Source: Nitrospirales bacterium (GTDB lineage: Bacteria > Nitrospirota > Nitrospiria > Nitrospirales > UBA8639). Taken from it: DNA of 64,000 bases. Made by a program: the position numbers and the translations under genes. The DNA is taken from positions 166,362 to 230,361 of the forward strand of contig CBDCXG010000003.1 in NCBI GenBank assembly GCA_965223685.1, read 5' to 3'. Under the pieces are notes generated by a model. That model saw nothing but the letters and a program-made list of their open reading frames with translations. It searched no databases and was not told where the DNA came from. Shown here one piece after another: positions 28,148-36,085 of the stretch (the first letter of the stretch is position 1; each line of letters begins with the position of its first letter).

Positions 28148-28366
28148 TTACAGCAACGTCAGAAGCACTAACCCAACAATGGCACCAGGTGCGGTGGCCA
28201 CGGGGCCAAAGAATGCCCCCATCATGGCAGCCAATTCATTCCCAAGATCTTTTCCCCCGACAATGATTCCGCCAATTGCGCCTCCGATCGCCCCCATGAG
28301 CAAGGCTACGAGGAGCAGGAATAGACCCGTCATGAAGGTGATTTCTCCGGTTGCCAACATATCCAT
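28148..28366 (-). CDS. Small glycine-rich membrane protein of the extended hyp operon
   Basis: MDMLATGEITF...GAIGGAIGGIIVGGKDLG..., GGAG RBS; glycine-zipper helices. Confidence 0.75.
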   Translation of the reverse strand: MDMLATGEITFMTGLFLLLVALLMGAIGGAIGGIIVGGKDLGNELAAMMGAFFGPVATAPGAIVGLVLLTLL

Positions 28367-28400
28367 AGTCTTCCGTCTCCTTTCACTGAGATCTACGTCA

Positions 28401-29426
28401 TCATATTGCGTGTGTCGTCGTGGTTGGATGTTCCGTCGTTGAACCATTAGCCTCGGCCAACTCTTGATCGAGTTCCGCAAGAACGTCGTTCGTCATGTGC
28501 ACTTTGGTGTTTTCCCCGAATCGTTGAAATATGGCGATCGCTTCACGGTAATACGCGCGTGCGCGGGTGAGATTCTGGACATTGCCTCGCTCAGGGTGCT
28601 CAGGAACATCCGGCACGTTTCGCAGGGCGTTGGCCTTGTTCGAGATCGTATTGGCGTATTCCAGTGGCGTGTCTTGCGGGTTGCGGACCTTTAAGGCTTC
28701 GTCGTACGCCGTCAATGCACGAAGGTTATTCTCGACCGCGTGACTGCTGGATGAGTATTGCAAAGCGTTTCCCAAATTGTTCTGGAGCATCGCGTACTCC
28801 GCAGGATGGTCAATCAGTGTGATCACACGCAGAGCTTCTTCGAACGACTGCACGGCTAGCGCTTCTCGCATCTTGCCATTGTGTTCGGTAGTCGACATAG
28901 ACAAATACGCGGTAGCCAAGTTGTTATGAAGAATCGCGAACTCGGCAGGAAAGTCCTCACGTGTGAAGGTTCGAAGTGCGCGCAAATACGCTTTGATGGC
29001 ATCGGTAACCCGTGCGCGACCTAGCCCAGCTAGGCCCTGAACCGTGAGCCCAAGGTTCATTTCGGCCTCGGCCAATTCCTGTACAGAGCCATGAGTCTTC
29101 AGCCCAGGAATAGCCGATTCAAACGCGGTTTGGGCTTGCAGAAGATATTCGGGGCCATCATGGGGAATGGCATTCAATGCTGTGCCCATTCGGGCTTGCA
29201 CTCGAGCCAACAGCAGCAGATCAGTCGGACTCAGTGACAGAGCTTTTTGATAGAGCGACACCGCATGATGGAGGTCTTGCGGAGATTGCGGTTTTTGCTG
29301 AAGGCCCATGGCGATCTCCATGAGCATTTCCACTTTTTCTGAATGAGTGGCATCCGCGGATTCCACGGCTGCGAACGCGGCTTTGACATTGTGCTCGGAT
29401 AGGCTGGAGTTCATCACGTGATCCAC
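28401..29426 (-). CDS. Tetratricopeptide-repeat protein
   Basis: Repeated helical units (AEAEMNLG, AILHNNLA, AMLQNNLG, ANTISNKA); start uncertain (GTG 29426 or ATG 29414 after GAGGAG). Confidence 0.85.
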   Translation of the reverse strand: MDHVMNSSLSEHNVKAAFAAVESADATHSEKVEMLMEIAMGLQQKPQSPQDLHHAVSLYQKALSLSPTDLLLLARVQARMGTALNAIPHDGPEYLLQAQTAFESAIPGLKTHGSVQELAEAEMNLGLTVQGLAGLGRARVTDAIKAYLRALRTFTREDFPAEFAILHNNLATAYLSMSTTEHNGKMREALAVQSFEEALRVITLIDHPAEYAMLQNNLGNALQYSSSSHAVENNLRALTAYDEALKVRNPQDTPLEYANTISNKANALRNVPDVPEHPERGNVQNLTRARAYYREAIAIFQRFGENTKVHMTNDVLAELDQELAEANGSTTEHPTTTTHAI

Positions 29427-29453
29427 GGCGTTGTTGCTCCTCAATGTGATATT

Positions 29454-29469
29454 TGCGCATCCTATGCCA
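29454..29469 (-). promoter_or_regulatory. Weak candidate sigma54 promoter for the TPR-hyp operon
   Basis: TGGCATAGGATGCGCA has GG-N10-GC spacing but lacks the TT before GC. Confidence 0.3.
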
Positions 29470-29611
29470 TGGACACAAAAAATGTCAACATATTTTTCTA
29501 ATTGCAAAGTTACTTTACATATATGAGTCCTGCAGCTGATATGTCATAAATGTTCATTTGTACATTTTATCATTTTATAGTATTCTTAAACTATTAAAAG
29601 GAAGGAAGACT

Positions 29612-29863
29612 ATGAGTCGTTTATCCATAGAACTTACCGCCGAGCAACACCAAAAGGTCAAGGCGATGGCCGCCCTCTCTGGGAGTAGCATTCGTGAGTA
29701 TGTCCTGACCCGCCTGTTCCCGGCATCTTCCGAGGAAGAAGCTGCCTTACATGAGCTAGAAATTCTTCTTGATAAGCGAGTGAAGGCTGCTGAAGCTGGA
29801 GCCGTGAGCAATAGAACGGTGGAGGATATTTTTCACGATGTTTATAACGAGACTCGGCCTTAA
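29612..29863 (+). CDS. ParD-like antitoxin (ribbon-helix-helix type)
   Basis: MSRLSIELTAEQHQKVKAMAALSGSSIREYVL; TAATG coupling to parE. Confidence 0.82.
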   Translation: MSRLSIELTAEQHQKVKAMAALSGSSIREYVLTRLFPASSEEEAALHELEILLDKRVKAAEAGAVSNRTVEDIFHDVYNETRP

Positions 29864-30367
29864 TGCCAGACTATGAACTCACCACTTTCGCCGAAGACGA
29901 CCTAAGAGGTATTGCCCGTTATACAATTGATACCTGGGGACTTAAACAAGCCAAGCGTTATGAAGCGTCACTTGCTGCTCGATTTCACAAAATTGCGCAA
30001 GGGGATGTCACACCAAGAACCTTTCTCTCCCATAGACCAGTCTTGCTCGTCACTCATTGTGAGCATCACTACATCTTCTATACTGGGAGTGTTGAATAAT
30101 GTGGATATCAAATGGCCACAATGCCCGGGAACACTGAGGATGTCAAAAGCCTCGGGCCTGTTCAAAAAAGTCCGTCCAGCAAGGCCACAGCCATTTTGAC
30201 GCGCGCAGCGTACTGGCATTACGTGAGCACGGGAAAATGGCGAGAACGCCGCTGGCGGCTTTTTTCAACAGGCCCATACTATCCGTGACACTCAGTGCCC
30301 CTTAATCATCGCGGTCTTTTATGAGCGTATGGATTTAATGCGACGTCTCAAAGACCGTCTGCCATAA
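29863..30367 (+). pseudogene. parE: ParE/RelE-family toxin split by MITE-A
   Basis: MPDYELTTFAEDDLRGIARYTIDTWG...CEHHYIFYT; removing the insert and one TSD restores IRDTQCPLIIAVFYERMDLMRRLKDRLP* (102 aa). Confidence 0.93.
30085..30275. mobile_element. MITE-A copy 4 (191 bp), inside parE
   Basis: Ends GGGAGTGTTGAA / TTCAACAGGCCC; TSD ATACT (30080-30084, 30276-30280). Confidence 0.95.
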
Positions 30368-30456
30368 GCACCGGTTACGTCCGTCAAAAACGGCTGTTGG
30401 ATCACGAAAGTCTGCCCTGAGTTGTTCGGCAAGCTCACAATGTACTGTTCGATGTA

Positions 30457-30557
30457 TCATCCTGAGCTCTGTCGAAGGATGGTTCGACGGGCTCACCATG
30501 ACCGCTATCACTCATCCCGAACCGTATGATTTATAATCCTGAGCTCCGTCGAAGGAT
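30457..30557. repeat. REP-like palindromic repeat family C (TCATCCTGAGCxxxGTCGAAGGATGGTTCGACxxGCTCACCATGA), with a partial second unit
   Basis: Units at 30457-30501 and 30536-30557; a reverse-complement copy lies at 31551-31616. Confidence 0.7.
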
Positions 30558-30602
30558 CACAATGAATCTGTGGAAGGATTCGTCCGGCGAGATCCGCTCA
30601 GA

Positions 30603-31442
30603 CTAAATTAAGGAAGTTTCGACATTGGAAATGTCCATAACCAAACCCGCTGCTGTTTCATCCCACAAAACAGGAACGAGACGGTCAAGTGCTTCATCAA
30701 TACCATGTTCACGAAAGAATTCTTGTGCATGGACGACGCGGTCGCCTTGGGCGTTTCTGATTTTTAGTAAGAGTCCACCGCTCCCTTCTTGGTGGACTGG
30801 CAAAATTAGAATCTGGTTGTCACGCTTGAGGAGTACGATGTGTTGAATATTCGGGAAATGCTTCTCGGAGATCGATGCATCTATATAGATATTGCCGTGA
30901 CAAATTTTGATCTGAAATGGGAGACCAGGTTCACACGCGTGTTGTGCTTCAGACTCAGATTCAGCCTGTTCTAACACTTGTACGCGAATATGTTCACACA
31001 CCGTTTCAATGGATTGGGCAACCTCTGGTGTCAACTCCAACCCTAGCGAGGTATCAGCAGCTTCGACTAGGTAGATCGTCACGTCTTTCGGAAATGCTTC
31101 TTTGAAAATTTGTTTTCCCGCATAGAGCGCATGGTCCCATCGGAAATCATGTAAGCTATAACTCGTCCCTGGAGGATTCGTGACTTCATCTCCCGTGAGC
31201 TTGAATATCGCTCCCGGGTCGGATCCACTAACACATGCGTCAACAATGATGAGTGAACGAGCCCCTCGAGCTTGAAACATGACGTCCATGCCACCGGTCC
31301 CCGCGTCAAAGACCTGGATATTCGGCTGTGGATGTACGGAAAAAAATGTTTGAAGACGTTGGGCAATCATCACGCCAACACCATCGTCACGTCGATTGAG
31401 ATTGCCACATCCAATGATCACATGCATCTCTACCACTTTCAA
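30603..31442 (-). CDS. Hydrogenase maturation endopeptidase (HupW/HybD family) with an extra ~110-aa C-terminal domain
   Basis: IIGCGNLNRRDDGVG, IIVDA, SLHDF metal ligands; extension FQIKICHGNIYID...GGLLLKIRNAQGDRVVHAQEFF. Confidence 0.9.
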   Translation of the reverse strand: MKVVEMHVIIGCGNLNRRDDGVGVMIAQRLQTFFSVHPQPNIQVFDAGTGGMDVMFQARGARSLIIVDACVSGSDPGAIFKLTGDEVTNPPGTSYSLHDFRWDHALYAGKQIFKEAFPKDVTIYLVEAADTSLGLELTPEVAQSIETVCEHIRVQVLEQAESESEAQHACEPGLPFQIKICHGNIYIDASISEKHFPNIQHIVLLKRDNQILILPVHQEGSGGLLLKIRNAQGDRVVHAQEFFREHGIDEALDRLVPVLWDETAAGLVMDISNVETSLI

Positions 31443-31461
31443 TCGTCAGAATACTGATGTT

Positions 31462-31726
31462 GGGTCTGTTGAAAAAAGCCGCCAGCGGCGTTCTCTAAAC
31501 CAGTAAGAAGTGAAAAGTGAGAAGTAAGGAGCACGAGGAAAACCTCAGGACCCTTCGGATGAGTGATAACGATCATGGTGAGCTTGTCGAACCATCCTTC
31601 GACAGGCTCAGGATGATAGGTTGAACAGCTCAGAACATGTTTTTTTTGAACAGACCCAACGCTATTGATCTCCAAGGGCCTCCTGGCCAAATATGGCCCT
31701 TGATATCTTCATTATTCAACACTCTG
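31462..31726. mobile_element. MITE-A copy 5, composite (265 bp) carrying repeat family C internally
   Basis: Ends GGGTCTGTTGAA / TTCAACACTCTG; TSD ATGTT (31457-31461, 31727-31731); central part replaced. Confidence 0.85.
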
Positions 31727-31825
31727 ATGTTCCTCCTCTTTGTCGGGGGAGAACCAAGGATGGAATAGAGGCTTGCATTCTTTCACCAGTTGCAGAATAA
31801 ATTGGGCATGCGCTCTCACGACGAT

Positions 31826-31863
31826 TCTACCTCCCCTAGCCTTTCCTTACAAAGGAGGGGGAC
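31826..31863. repeat. Short palindromic repeat family D
   Basis: TCTACCTCCCCTAGCCTTTCCTTACAAAGGAGGGGG; second copy at 50899-50934. Confidence 0.65.
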
Positions 31864-31911
31864 GGTTCACCCTTATCTTTTCGACTATCTATATACAATG
31901 GAAGGGTCGCT

Positions 31912-32238
31912 CTAAATTCGCCACAGTCGGCAGGACCAATCTTTCTCGACGGGAAGAGCTAATTCTGGCAGTTCACAGTATCGACGATGAACAACATAAT
32001 ACATGCAGGTCTCACAGGATTGAACTAAGTCATCTTCCATGCCTGGCGGTTGATACGGTTGTAGCGTAAAACCGGCTATATTGATTTTCTCTTTGACATG
32101 GTCAGGACCATGAGATTGAAGCCGGTGAATGAGGTCGTTGACAGCTTCGCTGGTATAGGCTCGAGGTTCGACCTCAGTTTGGAGACCGGATTCAAGGAGC
32201 TGGGTCACCTGCTTGCGAAGCCGCTCGTCATTCTCCAT
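31912..32238 (-). CDS. Small HiPIP-like Fe-S protein, paralogue 2
   Basis: CETCMYYVVHRRYCELPELALPVEKDWSCRLWRI four-Cys motif. Confidence 0.8.
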   Translation of the reverse strand: MENDERLRKQVTQLLESGLQTEVEPRAYTSEAVNDLIHRLQSHGPDHVKEKINIAGFTLQPYQPPGMEDDLVQSCETCMYYVVHRRYCELPELALPVEKDWSCRLWRI

Positions 32239-32341
32239 GGATAAGGCAGGTCTGTTAGAGGCAAGACCAAAATTTCAGAATGCTATTGTCGTGGCCGTGC
32301 GCGATTTTCCTCTTGCGAAGTTAAATATCTCGCTGTGAAAA

Positions 32342-32656
32342 CTAGATTCTCCACAATCGACAATACCAATCAGGTTCTACTGGCACAGCCAATTCAGGTA
32401 AGTCACACCATTTTCTGTGCACGAGGTAATACATACATTCTAAACACCGCATTTGATCGGGCCCATACGGTTTATCGGCAAATCCTGATACGACGAGTTT
32501 ACCTTCTAAGTCATCCGGATCGAGCTTTCGTAGTTCATCGAGCAGTTTGGCGAATTCGACATGGGTTTCAGGAAACGGTTCGGTTTGTGTCTTGAGCCCT
32601 TTGGCTAACATGTCTCCAATCTGTTGTCGAAGTCTGTCCTCTTCCTCACTACGCAT
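32342..32656 (-). CDS. Small HiPIP-like Fe-S protein, paralogue 1
   Basis: CLECMYYLVHRKWCDLPELAVPVEPDWYCRLWRI four-Cys motif. Confidence 0.8.
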   Translation of the reverse strand: MRSEEEDRLRQQIGDMLAKGLKTQTEPFPETHVEFAKLLDELRKLDPDDLEGKLVVSGFADKPYGPDQMRCLECMYYLVHRKWCDLPELAVPVEPDWYCRLWRI

Positions 32657-32775
32657 AGATGATGATCCTTACGCTCTGCGGAAGGAGAGGAAATACTCAA
32701 GTGTCGTACTCCTACCCGTGTGAGCTCAAACGTAACGTTACTCCCTGTCAATCCTGGGTTGCCAGTACATCCGAC

Positions 32776-34371
32776 TTACCCAATTCGGAAACGTGATAAT
32801 TCCTTCCCATTCTTGGCATCGTGAGCATGTACCGTGCAGACCAAACACGAATCAAAGGAGCGAGCCACATGTCCAACTTCAACCGGGTCCGTCGGATCAG
32901 CGATGGGAGCTCCAATGAGCGCTTCTTCAATAGGACCGCGTCCACCTTCCGCATCACGCGGCCCCACGTTCCACGTTGTCGGAGCAATGATCTGGTAGTT
33001 TTTAATTTTTCCGCCTTTGACATCGATCCAATGACACAACGCGCCGCGAATGGCTTCCGTGGCACCCCATCCCTGGCCATCGATCTCCTGCGGTTTCACA
33101 TACCATGGCTCAGCCAGTTTGAATTCACGTAAACACCGTTCGGCTTGGCGATACAGTTTGATGGTTTCATGCATCCGCGCGAGCTGCCGCAGGTGCAGGC
33201 TGGGTCTGCCCATGTTTTTGTACACGTCTAAAATGAATCCATCAGTATGTTGCCAGTCTTCTCCATGACTTCCGCCAGCTATTAACTGGCGGGAAAATGG
33301 ACCGGCTTCGAGCCGGCCGACTTGAACATGGCGCACGGCCGTAGCCCAGGAGTAGGTGCCGTTGTAATCGGTGTTATTGTTCTGAATCGCTTTAGTCGTT
33401 CGGTCAAACGGATGAACGTCGGCTCCGCCTTCGTCATACCAGGAGTGCGTGGTGTTCTCTCGTAAAAGATCTTGACTCATGAGACTGTGCGTGTCCGTCG
33501 CGCCGTCATAGACTCCGCTTTTCATAATCACTGCGGCTTGACGGCCATCGATCGTGGGTTTTTGATACTTATCTTCATGAGGCAGATACCCCCACGAGAC
33601 GTATTTCCCAAGCCCGCCCCCATATTGATGAAGCCCAATATCCATACCCATCCGCCAATAAAACCCTAAATCGGAATTGGCATGTGCAGGGCTTTCATCT
33701 AACCACGCCATAAAATCGTTATAGGTTTTGATTTCTTCGTACCGTTCTAGGGAGCAGCCTAACCACAACGGTTCCAGCCAATTTGTTTTGTAGTACTCCA
33801 GAATGGACCAAGCTCGGGTGATATCTGAAAGAGTGGGCGCACACATCACCCCCCCAGGAACCATATACGATGAGTGCGGCCATTGGCCGCCCAAGAGCGC
33901 ATAGATTTCCACGGGCTTGCCTGACACCGTCACGCCTATTTCGTAGGATGTTCCTGTGAAGGGTGCAAACCGTTTGCATGCCTCTTCGTAGTATTGATTG
34001 TTTTTATACTTTTTGTTAGTCAGGTCGATAGCATACAGCCCATAGAAATACCGGGGCTGGCTTTGAATGCTTTCCACAAGCTGTCCCAGGTTGCGTGCTA
34101 AAATCGCATTGCGAGGAACCGTGGTTTGCCATGCAGTATCCAGAGCCCACGCCGCGCACGTTAAGTGTGAAGCCCCACAAATGCCACAGGCACGAGGCGT
34201 CACAACCAAACCCGCTTGAGGGTCTTTATCACGCAGAATGATTTCAAAGCCACGAAACAGTTCGGCTTGGGTCCAAGCATTCGTGACGACTCCATTATCT
34301 ATATCAACCCGAACATCCAAATCTCCTTCTACACGTCCTACGGGAGAAATATCTAAGGTTTGTACGGTCAT
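32776..34371 (-). CDS. hupL: [NiFe]-hydrogenase large subunit, group 2a
   Basis: L1 TPRACGICGASH, L2 RSFDSCLVCTVH followed by a cleavable tail; GRVEGDL N-terminus as in cyanobacterial-type uptake hydrogenases. Confidence 0.95.
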   Translation of the reverse strand: MTVQTLDISPVGRVEGDLDVRVDIDNGVVTNAWTQAELFRGFEIILRDKDPQAGLVVTPRACGICGASHLTCAAWALDTAWQTTVPRNAILARNLGQLVESIQSQPRYFYGLYAIDLTNKKYKNNQYYEEACKRFAPFTGTSYEIGVTVSGKPVEIYALLGGQWPHSSYMVPGGVMCAPTLSDITRAWSILEYYKTNWLEPLWLGCSLERYEEIKTYNDFMAWLDESPAHANSDLGFYWRMGMDIGLHQYGGGLGKYVSWGYLPHEDKYQKPTIDGRQAAVIMKSGVYDGATDTHSLMSQDLLRENTTHSWYDEGGADVHPFDRTTKAIQNNNTDYNGTYSWATAVRHVQVGRLEAGPFSRQLIAGGSHGEDWQHTDGFILDVYKNMGRPSLHLRQLARMHETIKLYRQAERCLREFKLAEPWYVKPQEIDGQGWGATEAIRGALCHWIDVKGGKIKNYQIIAPTTWNVGPRDAEGGRGPIEEALIGAPIADPTDPVEVGHVARSFDSCLVCTVHAHDAKNGKELSRFRIG

Positions 34372-34415
34372 GGTCTGTCTCCTCTTGTTCGAAAAACTTT
34401 ATTCGTATTGTTGTC

Positions 34416-35378
34416 TTAGACCACAAAAATGTCGTCCTCTGCCCAAGCAGGTGCAGCATTTTTCGCGGCTCCGGTCAGTGCAATATACCCTTTCTTCTCT
34501 ACACCTAGTGGCAGATCTTTGGGAATGCCCATAACCGTTTGAGTTTTAAACACCGTGCCGGGCGCCAGATCAAAGAATGGAAATTCTGGTTCCGTGCAGC
34601 CTAAGCAAGGCATGCCAGCACGCGTTTTAGACGACTGCCGGTTCCACAGAATACGATTACATGGAGAATGGGTCATGGGGCCACGGCATCCGAGATCGTA
34701 GTACAGACAGCCTTTCCGTTGACCAAACTCTGTCGCGGAAACCTTGTAAGCAAAGTGCATGTTTCGCGTGCACCCTGTTTGCGTAAAACTTTGAAAGAAG
34801 GTTTTCGGACGCTGGAATTCGTCTAAAGAGATATCACCACCTCGTCCGGTCGCGACGGCGACCACAATTTGGGTAATCCAATCAGGGTGCGCCGGACAAC
34901 CTGGAACATTAATCACTGGGAGACCGGCTTTCGAACGAAAGTCTTTCCCCAAAAAACCGCCATGGTTTCGTTTAAGAAACTGGAGTCCTTGCGATTCACT
35001 CGGATTCGGTGCGGTAGCAGGAATTCCTCCCCACGTCGCACAATCTCCAATGGCCACGACATAAGAAGCCGCTCCACACAACTCCTGGACCCATTGTTTC
35101 ATGGGACGTCCGGCAAACCGATTCCATTCTCCTGTCCCATTTGGGGCATTCACGACCGTTCCTTCCCACACAAAGATATCCAATGGAATGGCTCCTGACA
35201 CACAGTCTCGTAGGATCTTTTGAAGGTTGTCCCCTAATTCAACGCCCAGTGAGGGATGCCAAAGCACGTTGATCCCAAAATCTGTGACTAAGTCACAGGC
35301 ACTGGGTTCTTCTGCGTTAAGAAACGACATGGTGTTCCCGGAACACGCGCCACCTTGAAGCCACAGTAAATTCGCCAT
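34416..35378 (-). CDS. hupS: [NiFe]-hydrogenase small subunit, group 2a, no Tat signal
   Basis: MANLLWLQGGACSGNTMSFLN (CxxN proximal site), GDCA, GCPAHP, QTGCTRN, CLYYDLGCRGP, CLGC. Confidence 0.95.
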   Translation of the reverse strand: MANLLWLQGGACSGNTMSFLNAEEPSACDLVTDFGINVLWHPSLGVELGDNLQKILRDCVSGAIPLDIFVWEGTVVNAPNGTGEWNRFAGRPMKQWVQELCGAASYVVAIGDCATWGGIPATAPNPSESQGLQFLKRNHGGFLGKDFRSKAGLPVINVPGCPAHPDWITQIVVAVATGRGGDISLDEFQRPKTFFQSFTQTGCTRNMHFAYKVSATEFGQRKGCLYYDLGCRGPMTHSPCNRILWNRQSSKTRAGMPCLGCTEPEFPFFDLAPGTVFKTQTVMGIPKDLPLGVEKKGYIALTGAAKNAAPAWAEDDIFVV

Positions 35379-35490
35379 AAGTGTTCCCCTTTACGATCGA
35401 TAGAAAGAATATTGGTGAATCACATTCATGGTGTAAGTGTAATGACAGTTAGCGTTAGTCGATTCACAAATTGTCTGTCTTCGAAAAGAA

Positions 35491-35506
35491 GGCAAAACCA
35501 GTGCCA
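35491..35506 (-). promoter_or_regulatory. Sigma54 (-24/-12) promoter of hupSL
   Basis: Minus strand TGGCACTGGTTTTGCC matches TGGCAC-N5-TTGC, about 110 nt upstream of the hupS start. Confidence 0.8.
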
Positions 35507-35583
35507 CCTTGTCCTTCCTAACAATACCCAGAGGTGCTTTCATCATTTTGCTAAAGAAATATGGAGTTTTTAATGAACGTGTC

Positions 35584-35610
35584 ATTCGTGTTCGTTGAAA
35601 GAACACGAAT
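35584..35610. promoter_or_regulatory. Perfect dyad, candidate upstream activator sequence
   Basis: ATTCGTGTTC-N7-GAACACGAAT, about 80-100 nt upstream of the -24 box, no U-tract on either strand. Confidence 0.5.
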
Positions 35611-35811
35611 GGGATGGAAGGTAAGCTTACAGTTTCAACGGAAGAGAGAAGAAGAAGTGCAAATCAAGTATGCAAGGTGTTTCTGGAAAATGGAGCAGTC
35701 ACGTCCTTGCTTTTCAATGCGACTCGGTAATCAATCGATCGAAATTGTGAAAAGGGAAAGAGCGATGATGAGATAGTTATCCGGTGGGATTACAGTCTCT
35801 TCCTTGAACGT

Positions 35812-36081
35812 TTATCCATGCCGGTTTCCACATACAGGGCATTCAGCTTCAAGCGTGTAGCCATACCAAATGCCTTCGCACCGACTACACCAGTGGCCAT
35901 TTGTTTGTTCCTCAGTCAAGGATAACTGTTTGGCCAAAGGGGTAATCCCGAGGTTTTTCGGTTGCGGTCTGGAGTAGGACTGAGAAGGTGTTGCGAGATG
36001 AAAGAGACTCGACTCTTGAACATGACGCTTCAAAATGTTGGTTGCTTCTTCATCTCGATCTCTGGCGTCATCCATTAACAA
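35812..36081 (-). CDS. Small protein with C-terminal zinc-ribbon motif
   Basis: HWCSRCEGIWYGYTLEAECPVCGNRHG; starts 4 nt after the activator stop. Confidence 0.7.
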   Translation of the reverse strand: MLMDDARDRDEEATNILKRHVQESSLFHLATPSQSYSRPQPKNLGITPLAKQLSLTEEQTNGHWCSRCEGIWYGYTLEAECPVCGNRHG

Positions 36082-36085
36082 GTTC

